Source: Lingula anatina | Taxonomy: Eukaryota > Animalia > Brachiopoda | Assembly: GCA_051362555.1 (NCBI GenBank) | Contig: CM120647.1 | Span: 1,364,001-1,428,000, forward strand | Length of the DNA stretch: 64,000 nt | Reading direction: 5' to 3' | Part shown: positions 14,015 to 24,811 of the stretch, in pieces | Position numbering within the stretch: the first letter of the stretch is position 1 | Layout: each line of letters starts with the position of its first letter | Made by a program: the position numbers and the translations under genes | Notes under the pieces: model-generated | Databases searched by the model: none | What the model was told of the DNA's origin: nothing | The model's input: only the letters and a program-made list of their open reading frames with translations

Positions 14015-15512
14015 ATACCCCCCTCTCTCAGTGTCCCTTAACTCTCTCTCTTTCTCTCTTCCCCCTCCTTATCTCTCCCTCTCTCTAGTAAAGCCGACTT
14101 CTGTTTTGCTGACTTCCCCGCCCTTTCCCTTACGCTTCGTATGTAATGTAAAAAGCACATTTTATATTTGTATATGTAGGAAAACATTGTCATCCCGATT
14201 TTACCATTGTTAAGATTATAATTTAATTTAATACTAATGTTAAATGTTAAATATAGTTATAATCCAGTCAGAGAAATAAAATTTCACATTTTCAATAACC
14301 GCGTTAAAATTTGGTTTTTAAATTTGGTTAATAAATATACAAAGTTATTGAAAAAGTTCACATCTGTTATACAATGTTCCTTATCGTTTTGTCTTTTTAC
14401 TTCCCTTTCACAGCGACAGTGCCGCGATTTTGCTGTGAGATGACGGCGGAAGGGAAGGAAAAGTTCCAACTGGGAAAGATGACGTCAATAGATGACAATG
14501 ACTACGTGGACCTATACGGTTGTGCCACATCACCAAATGACGTCAACTCTAATATACAGACGGTACGAATAGTTATCAGTGTGTTATGTGTATTAATAAT
14601 TCTGTCAATGTGAACAGAATAACTTTTTACTGTTATGTGTGCACGCTTGTATGTCTAACAAATAAATACTCGTCCTTTTAATTTTCTTTTTTTCTTCTCA
14701 TATTAATTTCTCACGCTGTTATTTGTAGACAGAGAATAGATAAATGGATACACGAACAAATAAAAAACTAGGATGAAGATACGGAGTGAAAATGTATGAA
14801 GAAAAATGAAAAAGCAAGTAATGGTTAGATGTATATTGAATCTTGTATTACTATATACTCGTATGCATCGTATGTTCTCTTTTTCAGGGGTGTTACAATG
14901 CAGTGAAACAAGTGATAGAAAACCACCTCGGGTTAGTGATAGGGATCGGGGTAGGAATCGCCCTGTTGGAGGTGAGTGATAAAAAACAACGCATTGGGTT
15001 AGTGATATGGGTCGGGATAAGTATAAAAAAATCAGGGACGGAATATGTCCGTTTGTGGTTTGGTGTGTTTTCGGACTTAATTGGTATTTATTTAAGCACT
15101 GCTATAGTGACGTCATTAGACATATTTCGGATCGAAGTGAGTACTTATGTGAGCCTGACTAGATACTTCAGTACAAAGTAAGCAACATGCTCTATTGTTA
15201 GACTTCATAATTATATGTTCTAACTTCAAGAAAGAGAAGAAATTTTTAGTTTTTTGAGATTTTAAACGTTTGCAGTTTTTTCTTCCATTAGCTGATGGTC
15301 AAACCAATTATTTTCCCATTTTGAGTTAAAGTAACCATTATTGTACCACAAGGTAACTTCTTTCACCTGAAAATGCTCCTCTGTTATATTTACAGCTGTT
15401 GATCATAATATTTTCCTGCTGGTTGTCTTGCTGTTATAACAAGGAGGACGAGGACGATTACAAATACGAGAAACCCATGTCTACAATGGAGGAGGAGACG
15501 GCGAACATTTAA
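10862..15512 (+). CDS. Tetraspanin paralog 2, complete, 310 aa, 8 coding exons
   Basis: Exons 10862-10924 (MWRAGVTCIKYVLLILTVLIC), 11471-11713 (LLGAALLGSGLW...IGFFGCCGIIK...), 12588-12662 (FAVLMAII...FQNK), 12791-12901 (...AWDAVMMG), 13843-13933 (MRCCG...), 14414-14562 (VPRFCC...GC...), 14888-14971 (GCYNAV...), 15396-15512 (LLIIIFSCWLSCC...ETANI*). All GT-AG with consistent phases, 933 nt. Four TM segments plus the tetraspanin GCCG, CCG, PxxCC and GC motifs. Confidence 0.93.
11996..12178. repeat. Short repeat/MITE built from ccccgcaccgatactccccc units with an inverted terminal copy
   Basis: Several direct copies, plus inverted gggggagtatcggtgcagggac at the right end; lies in a tetraspanin intron. 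Confidence 0.55.
13015..13287. mobile_element. CAG...CTG MITE with 5-bp TSD (CACAC)
   Basis: Ends cagtggcgg / gatcggcccctg, flanked by CACAC on both sides. Internal segment shared with 42955-43206 and about 47868-48000. Confidence 0.65.
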
Positions 15513-16227
15513 CATAGAACATGGAGGCAAGTCACGTGATCACAAGACACGTGATCAATGTCAATTCAAAGTGATCCCAAAGGCTGGTGATGATACGAGA
15601 ATTGACCTCCTGGTTTTCCAGAAACGAGAAAGGTTTTTGAATGAATATTCGACACCTGTATACTACCACGAGGCCACCTTGGAATGGGGGATTATAAATG
15701 CCTAAGGAGAGGCGGCTTTTAAATCAGCTTTTCACAGTGAAAAGTTTATACTGGTACAGGTACTTCAATGTCTTCAGAGGAGTCGTTAAGGGCTCAATGA
15801 TTGAAAGGAGCTTTGCGTAAGGTAGTGACGTCACGATTAAAATAGGAGTGTAAAATCACTATGTACATTAAACCACAAAGGAAGACATATCACAAATTGA
15901 CGAAAGGAAAAGCTACATATCACGTTGTTTTATTCTAAACATATATCGCAATAGAAGACGTTCGTTAGCAAGACAGTTGAATGCAAGAAGCGACCCACTG
16001 GTATTTGTATTATAACTATGATAAATAAGTGAATGATGATACGACATATTTTTTACAAGGATGAAGCCTTTCGGTCATTTCCTGGTCGTCTTTTGACTGA
16101 GTTGTGAGATGGTTACCCTTGCCAATTCGGACAGATAAAGTCACATTCGGGGTCCCATATCAGAGGGATGATCATCGCATGATGAAGCCACGTGATCTGT
16201 GACGCGGGTGCAGGTTTCCTCAGTTTA

Positions 16228-17195
16228 GGCCACACTTTTTTAATTTTATGGATGACATCCTGCGCGCGCACGGATTTTCGCCCGTTCTCCAAAAAAAAAA
16301 AAAAAAAAAAGCCCCCCCCCCAGCCCCCAACGAAGTCGGTTGTCGCAAACATTGTTATTGAATTTGCAAGGAAATGAGCTTTCTGCGCATGCGTATTTTC
16401 GCCACGTGGAAATGCGGCCACTTTGCTGTCAAATTCATCTCTAGGATTACTTTCAAATTACACAACAATAAAAGCCATAAAAAGAACGGGCGCCATCGTT
16501 TTGGATTGGTATGCTATTGATATTGGGCATGGAGATATCCCCTTTTTACAATTGTGCGAAAGGCTGGCGGCGGCCGAAACATTTCTGTGACATTCTGTAT
16601 AAAGCAGCACATTAATACCAGGTTTTCTGTAGCGAAAAAAGGGTCGACAAGGGCGTCGAGGTATTTGGTGGGCTGAAGGTCGGACAGGCCACCTGACAGT
16701 TTCGCAGCTTCGTGTGAGTTGAAGTTGACAAAATGGCATCGTCTGAAATGACCTTTAATAGATTTGGTAGTATTAAGCATATCTTTGCATCATTTTTTAA
16801 ACATTTCTGTGAAGTGTTCAAAATGTTTTAATATTCTGAGAATACAAATAAAGACACTGTTTGATTGATATTTGTTTTATTGATTGCTATACCAAATGAA
16901 TGCATGAAATAACCTTAAATAGATTTGGTAATATGAAGTATATCAATTCATGACCTTTTTTTTTACATTTCTACGAAGTATTCACAATGCTTTAATATTT
17001 TGAAAGCATGGATAAAGACATATTGTTAGTTTGATACGTGTTTCTGTGGTTAAATTTGTGTTTCCAGCTGTGTACTGACAGCATTCCTTTACTTAAGCCG
17101 TTTTTTTTTTTGGACTGTTTTTTTTTTTTTCGCCCTCTCGCACCGATTTTGGGGTACCCAGAGGATGTCATCCATAAAAATAAAAAAGTGTGGCC
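16228..17195. mobile_element. 968-bp non-autonomous PIF/Harbinger-type element
   Basis: 33-bp TIR ggccacacttttttaattttatggatgacatcc / ggatgtcatccataaaaataaaaaagtgtggcc (1 mismatch). TTA TSD at 16225-27 and 17196-98. No transposase ORF. Confidence 0.85.
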
Positions 17196-17937
17196 TTAAG
17201 ACCAAGAATGGATTACACGAACCCAGTAACGGGAAAATTGTACTGACACACATGTACAGCTAGGATTATAGCTGTTGGATAATTAAAAAACAAACACAAC
17301 AAGACATTTCAAAATATGTCTGTATTAAATACCGTACATACTGTAGTTTATTTATTTTCAAGTAAAATGTCACATATGTAATATTGAGGATCCCCTCTTA
17401 TGTATAGTTTCACAGGCAGGTTCTTGCAGAGCATATAGACAGACGACAGTATGTATTGTATAGTAATGCACGAGTGAGCGTGGCGGTCTTCGTGTGTGCG
17501 TTTTTTTTAATATACATACAGTAGTAGCATTCAAACTTTGATGCTCTAGAAAAACACTTGCTAAAACAGAGTTGAAGTGGCATGTATGTGTTTTTATAAT
17601 TATGTTACATACAAAAAGAAAATGAACCCGCGAGATGCGTCATTTAATTTCGAAAATAGCACTTAATTTAAGCATGTTTGGATGTCTGCGTACAGTAGCA
17701 TTATACTAATGAGAAATGAATCACAAAAGAATTTCTACGTCATATCACGTCATATTTGCTTTCACAAATAATGTCATGTAAAATAATAAAAATAATAGTA
17801 AAACATTATTTCGCAGTATATCAGGGTTTTATTATTTATAATAATTACTCAGAATGTGTCCGTGTTGACAAAAGCCCCGTCTTCTCACTGCGTACAGGGT
17901 GAGCAGCAGACGACACCTACATCTGCGCGCGCATCTT

Positions 17938-19317
17938 TCACAGTTTTCCCATTCGCGCCAACTTGGCCATGAGCTGCTCCAGGCAGTGTTCAATGGCGCC
18001 GCTGCGGGAACTTTTCGTGGCGGATTCGCTAATTTGAGTGCAATCAGTGCACTGAGCTCGCCACTTCCACTTCCAGCCGCTCACTCTACCATGAACGCTG
18101 TAGTTGACTCTGCACCCAGGTTTCCGCTCAATCTAAAGGCAATGGGATATTTTTTTTTTCAGTCGAAATGAAAATAATTTTCCTTCAAGGTTTCAGTAAC
18201 CATTTTCCGTGCATATAAACTAACGGCATGTGCTGTGTTTACTGCAATTTAAATAGAAATTATCGGTATAACAAATTTACGCATGCTGCTCCACTTTCTT
18301 TTGGACGCAAGCGAAATACCAAACATTTATGAGTGTAATGAGTGTAATCTGTGAGATCATACATGTATGGAACAGGTACGTTCCATTATTCTGTTTGAAA
18401 AGCTCAATAACCCAGAAATTATCAAGTTGGAATACCATGCTAATCATATATAGATGTATTATACTTTACTAACTATAACGTCTCCTATACCAGAAGGGAA
18501 CAGCTCAACACTTGGAACTTGCATTTTTAATTATTATTCTAGCAAAAAGCACAATTAAATACATGTAAATTAGTATTATTACTATTATTATTATTTTGCT
18601 TCCAAATTTGTGAGAAACAACTGAACAGATTCAGATGCTTCGAAGCTGAATCCAAGCTACATGTACATGTATGCGATTGGCATACATGCGCTAGTCAGAA
18701 ATGAGAAAATGTGAGTAGCGTAGACGATTACGTAGGTAAATGCTACATCCGCAAACTTGTAACCCACTTCTGTGTAGCATATGGTACATTTGTATTTCAC
18801 TTAAAGATAGTAAAATCATTTTAGTTAAGCAGCCTGCAAGTTTGCGAAGGGAATTACCGTACTTTTGCCTGCCATGCCCAGTTGTAAACGCACGCTTTTT
18901 TTCGCCATAGCTGTTTTTGTACAACACAGACAAAAATAAACTCAAATTTCTCAAAAAAAAAAAAAATAATAATAATAATAATAAAAAAAAAAAAAACAAA
19001 ACTTATAACTAAGTGATGTGGAAAACGCCTCGTCAGAAACTATTTAATGACTTAATTTGTTAACTCTCTCTCTCTCTCTCTCTCTCAGTATAACTCATGC
19101 AGTAACTTACCGATCCACTCAAGGCATCACAGGCACACACTAGAGCTGGAAGAAGAAAAAGACTCAAATTCACTCAGTGTTGAACAATTGATAACTAAAA
19201 TCACTCACATGCAGAAACATAAATTAATCACGCAGTTAAAAACAAAATGAATAAATGTCAGAACTTACCCAGCAGCAAAAGAACTGCAATGCAAGCACTT
19301 GTCAGTCTACCTCCCAT
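17938..19317 (-). CDS. Secreted cationic 4-Cys protein, anti-lipopolysaccharide-factor (ALF)-like, short form, 92 aa
   Basis: Exons 19317-19269, 19145-19111, 18132-17938 (GT-AG, phases 1 and 0): MGGRLTSACIAVLLLLALVCACDA-LSGSIERKPGCRVNYSVHGRVSGWKWKWRAQCTDCTQISESATKSSRSGAIEHCLEQLMAKLARMGKL*. Signal peptide, upstream TATA box, AATAAA at 17833-17828 (-). Clear paralog of 20745-22179. The gene model is strong; the ALF family call rests on motif recognition. Confidence 0.85.
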
Positions 19318-19369
19318 GTCTGTTATGGCTGTTGTGTTCTCTTTTGTTCGGAATTGAGAGCAGTCGTTG

Positions 19370-19377
19370 TTTTTATA
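19370..19377 (-). promoter_or_regulatory. TATA box of the minus-strand ALF-like gene
   Basis: TATAAAAA on the minus strand about 55 bp upstream of the ATG at 19317. Confidence 0.55.
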
Positions 19378-20129
19378 CAGCACGACGGTCGTTCCCATCT
19401 GACATGCGAGGTCATCAGGTCAAATTATGGGTGTACGGCAACCAGGGCAGTCATTATCAACTACAACGTTTTTTGCTGTTTTGATTTGTATAAAACTCAA
19501 GCTCTTTAATTGCACATGCTGTCCTAGTGATTTTTGCCTTTGATGTTATCATTTCAATTTATTAGTACATATCATTTACGGCTGTGTTCAATTTATGAAT
19601 CAGCGGGAACCCGGGTTCTGGGAAGATTATTGTGGTGTTCCCTTTTTTATGAACCCGGATTTCAGGTCGGAGAGCGCTTTGAGAGAGCAAAAACATAAAG
19701 AGTTGTTTAGGACTTTTATATGTAGCCTACTGGGTAAAAATATGGCCCAGATTTTTAAAATAAACTTTCTAAAAATATAGTAGGCCTTAAAGCTTGCGAA
19801 TGGTATTTTTACTACTGGAAATTTTTCAACGTATATAGAAATAAGTATTGTCGTCGGAGAAGTTATAGACATTTTCGATATAAACTTTTTTCTCATTGAA
19901 GCGGTCACACAAATAAAAATAAATTTCTGTAAATTACAAGTTGGCGTGCATTTTATAAGAACATGTATCAGCGTTCTAGAGCAGGCCAGGGCTTAGTAAA
20001 AAGTTGCAAAATTTTGAAGGAAATTGGAAATGAATTTGAAAATCCTCCTCAGCAAAAGCAGTCGGACAAGTCGCCCCAGGGGATAGTGCCTTCCTATACA
20101 AATTGGTTACTGAGTGTACCATTTACAAA

Positions 20130-20194
20130 AGCAGAGGGCGCAGTGAAAGGATCTGGTGCCCTTAATCCCGAGGTCCTAGGATTGAAGCCTAGCT
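20130..20194 (+). pseudogene. Decayed initiator tRNA-Met copy
   Basis: agcagag-ggcgcagtgaaag...cccgaggtcctaggattgaagcctagct aligns with 47703-47774. Anticodon mutated (cccttaa), indels in the D arm, acceptor stem broken. Confidence 0.75.
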
Positions 20195-20744
20195 AGCTTC
20201 TGGACAAGTTAACTTTTCCTGTCTTCTAAGACATATGGTTAACCCATTTCCTTTACCAAGCGAAGGTGAAAAATCCTGGTTCTCGAATTTCAGGACATGT
20301 TTTCAGATATCACCAGCTTTTGACAATCCTATTTAATGTGACGAATGAAGATTAGGGTAAAAAATGTGTGTCCTGGAGAAGGCTTGTACAGAGGGGGTTT
20401 CGACCGTTTCTTTTCAATTTGCACTACATGAAACCACTAAATATATTTTAATTGTGATTTGAATTGAAGAGAAATTATCTTGAATTTTACTGTTCGTGTA
20501 TATACAATTATCATACACACACCTAGAAAAAAAAACGTTTCAGTTCAAAAATTTAAAATACATTGTGCAGTAATGGACACCCCCCTTAAATCTCCTCATA
20601 TGGAAAACATTTAAGAGCAACTTCAATTCCTGTCTGTGGTACTGTGTTTGGAAGTGGAGAGCGCAGTACGCTGAATTCCCGCCTCAACTTGGTCGCTCTA
20701 CAATTATCTTTTAAGATAAAACTTTCGAGACTCATTGCAACGCC

Positions 20745-21571
20745 ATGGCTCGCGTTCCCTTGCTGCTAGCTGTGGTCGTGTTGGTGGTGGTAACGTGTCA
20801 AAGCCCGGTACAAGGATCATGTAAGTAGAACAGTGCGTGCGTAGAGTTTTTCCAGGGTTTGTTATGGAAGGCGTAGGCCTACAGTCATGTAAGTACTTGA
20901 AGTTGCAACGGCTGGTTTTTTCGCAGCTCTAGATCTTCCATTAGCTTTCTCAATCACGCTCTCGCGCACACACATTCACAATTGAGAGAGAAAGAGAGAG
21001 AGAGAGAGGGAGAGAGAGAGAGAAGAGAGACAGCGAGAGAGAGGAGAGAGAGAGATAGAGAGAGCGAGAGAGTTGGAGGGAAGAGAGAGAGAAAGAGAAA
21101 GAAAGAGAGAAAACGACAGCGAAATTTCCTTTCTTGATTTCAACGCAGTGGCAGGTAGTAGGAAAATGACAACATTAAATACAATTCGTTCATCCATGCT
21201 TTCTATTAGATTAAAGTTAACGCAATCCCTCGCAATCCATAGCATAAATTTCATATATTAATTTTTTTAAATTATTAAAATAAGTGCAGATCAAACATCC
21301 TTCAAACATCGGTCAGGAAAGACACATCTTATTCACATTAAGTCCCGGGTTGAAAATGATGAGTAACGCCGTGGGAACGTAGCGGTCCCGGACCATAGCT
21401 CCACACTCATAGCGTCATAACATAACTCTCCGGGAGTTTTTCTAACCATCATTGTTATTCACTTGAAAACTGAAGCATTTTTTTTTTCAATTTTGTGACC
21501 GTAGTATCTTTGTAAATACTTTTTTTTTTTGTAATAGCATTTATGACTGGATTTGAAAATCCCCAGCAAAT

Positions 21572-21607
<36 letters not shown>

Positions 21608-21700
21608 TTTGTTCCAGCGTTCACGCTCCAGGGGTTGATAGCCTTGTTAAGGGGAGGAGTAAGGATTGCTGACCAACTCACTGGTATAAATGGACAGGTG

Positions 21701-21732
<32 letters not shown>

Positions 21733-22179
21733 ATAATTTGGTCGATATCTCCCCGTAAGCATGCCCCTTCGGCCCTTCGTACAGTCATGTTTTTTTTATT
21801 ACTGTAAATAAATCTTCCTTTTAAATCTTTATTTTTTTTAAATATCTGTTTTATCAAACCGATGTTCACATTCTTAAAAGGGATTATCAGTGATTTACAT
21901 GCACTATTTATCATTACTTATTTAATGAAGAGCAATAAAAACCCGGTGCTATCTAACGCAAGTGTAAATTTGTTCCAGGTGGATCGCGGAAATAACTGCG
22001 CCATCAACTGGAACGTGAACATCTACCCCGGCTTTAAGGTTCGCTGGATGGGTGTCTGTGTGGACACGTGCACGGGGGTGACCAGCGTCTCCAAGAAAAA
22101 CTCCAGAAGTGGCGCTCTCGAGCATTGCCTGGAAGATATTTACACGAAGATGGCAAGAAGAGGCCTTCTCACCGGTTAA
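20745..22179 (+). CDS. Secreted cationic 4-Cys protein, ALF-like, long form, 118 aa
   Basis: Exons 20745-20820, 21618-21697, 21979-22179 (GT-AG, phases 1 and 0): MARVPLLLAVVVLVVVTCQSPVQG-SSFTLQGLIALLRGGVRIADQLTGINGQVDRGNNCAINWNVNIYPGFKVRWMGVCVDTCTGVTSVSKKNSRSGALEHCLEDIYTKMARRGLLTG*. Good Kozak context (gccATGg), signal peptide, SRSG motif and C-terminal helix. Confidence 0.87.
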
Positions 22180-23193
22180 AGCTGCATACAAAGTCAATTT
22201 TTTGTCACAAAAACCAACCAAATGCCAGCGTATAGTTTCAAGTAGTATAACTATAACTAAGAGAATTACCAAAAGGCATTGTTTAATTTTACCTGAAAAT
22301 GATGTTTGAATTGATTTTTCTGCTAGCATTTTATGCTGTATGTCAATGGAGCGGAAAAGTAGGTCACGAAAGTAGGTTAAATTTCCGACCAAAAATTAAA
22401 AAAAAGGAGCAGTCTAAAGCTCTTTTATGGCTGATCGAGTGATCTATTCAGTTTATCCCTTGGCATGTCGTATAAGAAACTAGTAGAAGTGGTTTACATG
22501 TGTTACTGGGAATCCACGCTCCACCGATGCTCGGTTCGTATGTACCTTTAAAGTAGCTTAGCGCGTTTGTCTTTCTTAATAATGTTCGTAAAGGGCGTCC
22601 CTTAAACTGAACTATTCATTTTGCAAATATGGCTTCATTTATTTAAAAACTGTATTCTGTAATATGATTATTCGTCTGTTTTGCAAATACGTGCTTTACA
22701 AATTTTCAAAATAAATAAATAAATAAAATAATTGATATTTTTGACAAAAGATTTGGTTGTACATCATAAAGTGCAGAAACCGGGCAGAGAAGGCCTTGGA
22801 ATAGGATTGTCCACCCCACACCCACCGGCTGCCATTTTTTTTTTTTTAATTTTTTTTTAAAACAATGTTTATTCATAGGAAATGGAGGCAAAGCGCTAAA
22901 AGCATTAGATGCTCTCTATGTAGAACAAAATTAACGTACACAACTAAATGCAAACATTAAAGATCAGATTTCAGTATTGGAACACAAAAGTTAGCAGAAA
23001 TAATTAAATACAGAAAGAAAGTGCCGTGTTAGTGTGGATTTTTTTCTGATCACACAAATTAACTGTAAATGTTTGCATCATCTGATAAATGCAGGGTGTT
23101 CTTAAATATTACCCTAAAAACGCCGAGCGGCCAAGTAATAATGTTTGCTCGATCGATAGCCATATATTAAAAAAAAGAAAAAGTTACCACTAA

Positions 23194-23418
23194 GGGTGCA
23201 TTCCCAGAGATTTAGATCGATCCAGAGATTTAGATTTAGATCGACCTAACTCCCTGGGGGTTCACGCTCAATTGCAGTCAACCGAGCGCGCACCATAGTT
23301 AATTACCCCCTTACAGCTTTTAGTAGGCGGGACAGACGCTTAAGCCGGCTAAGCTGACAGTAATCTAGTGAGACTTCCCTCAGGGATAGATCGATCTAAA
23401 ATCTATGGGAATAGAGTC
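23194..23418. mobile_element. ~225-bp MITE, PIF/Harbinger-like, copy 2
   Basis: Highly similar to 7043-7268; TAA on both flanks (23191-93, 23419-21). Confidence 0.75.
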
Positions 23419-23425
23419 TAAGATT

Positions 23426-23674
23426 GGGTTCCCATACCTAGATCGATCTAACAGGATCGGTCCATCTCCTAGGGGTTTATTGCTAAATTACTTTCAGCTT
23501 TAGCGGTTTAGATGTTTGGCCAACTTAAGCTGCTAAACGATATTTAATTACCCCCTATCAACTTCAGTAGGTGCGACAGACATCTAAGCCGTCTAAGTAA
23601 AATGAAATTTAGCAAGAATCCCCTAGGAGATAGATCGATCCAAAGTTAGTACGATATGCTCTGGGAATGGTCCC
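23426..23674. mobile_element. Related palindromic MITE subfamily directly abutting copy 2
   Basis: Shares tagatcgatc ends and the aattaccccct...agtagg...gacagac core. Long internal inverted repeat (ctcctaggggtttattgctaaatt / aatttagcaagaatcccctaggag). Confidence 0.6.
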
Positions 23675-24570
23675 ATAGATTACCGCCCACCCCTGTTAAA
23701 GCAATGAAAAAAGTGACAAAATAAAGAAAACATTTGCGGTCAACTTAATTTCTTTACAAGAATTGCGAAAAATACAGTGGTTCGAATATGACAAATTTGG
23801 CTCTAAAAATTGAGCCTTAAGAAATTCACAGTAGATAACTTATAGGTTGATACTAATCGTTGTGTGATGACGTCTAAAAGTTGAGACTGACACAGCTATA
23901 CAATGGAGTAACCCGTCTGAACCTGCTTTTGAAGCGTAGAACTCCGATACAAACATGAATCAAAAGGTTTAGTGGATAAAAATGATACTAACAAACAATT
24001 TCAATTAGAACATTTTAAGAAAAGGGAAAAGTTTTGTTTCCATGTGTTCATTTCCCCTTCCGGTCTACTATTTCCGGGACCATGGCTCTACACTTTATGA
24101 AATAAGTCAATCTGTAGACACATAAGGTTTATAACGTCATCACATTACATGAGCTGTAGTACAGAAATCATGATCAGCACTTGACTTTCAGGGCTTCAAA
24201 AATATTTCAAATGTGTCATCACAGTTATATATGCCATAGCCTGTATCTTAGTAAACTGTTACGGCATAACCTTTTGTAAAAATGTTTTAGATACCGTACC
24301 GTAATAAAGATCATTATTGTCAAAATCAGAGTCCAGTTTTTACAACCGAGTTTATTGCACCAAAAGTACAATTCACCACTTTTCATTGCTTATTTCAATC
24401 CGTAACCTGAAAGAAATAAAGTGTTGTTCGTCGATTATAAAAATTGAGTAAAATTGTATCAGAGATTCAGTATCAGAAGTAACCGCGCGCCATTTGATGT
24501 AACGTCATGCCCTCTATATAAGGTCCAAGAGATCTGAAGATAAAAAATAAAATGAGAATTTGAGAGGTTG

Positions 24571-24574
<4 letters not shown>

Positions 24575-24632
<58 letters not shown>
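24575..24632. repeat. (TA)n microsatellite in the SLC20 3' region
   Basis: Directly visible. Confidence 0.95.
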
Positions 24633-24634
<2 letters not shown>

Positions 24635-24811
24635 GATACGAAGACTCCATTGTGCGTTCCGTCCGATGACGTCAAATTTGACATGACGTCATATGGTGAC
24701 GTCATATGGTGCCTTTCAGTCCACGATATTCGAGCCATAGGTCGCAATCCGGCATAAACGCGTGTCTTAGTTTTTCGTTTATCTCTAGAAGCGCAATGAT
24801 GCAGAAAGTGA

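Noticed and set aside
17899-18171. 90-aa plus-strand ORF (MSSRRHLHLR...)
   Set aside because: Antisense shadow of exon 3 of the minus-strand ALF-like gene, which has the splice sites and the paralogy.
20745-22179. Big defensin or other CS-alpha-beta/beta-defensin identity for the secreted proteins
   Set aside because: Only 4 Cys in the mature chains and no defensin spacing; the SRSG-plus-helix C-terminus fits ALF-like better.
21949-22392. 147-aa minus-strand ORF
   Set aside because: Antisense to exon 3 of the plus ALF-like gene; non-ATG start and no recognizable motifs.
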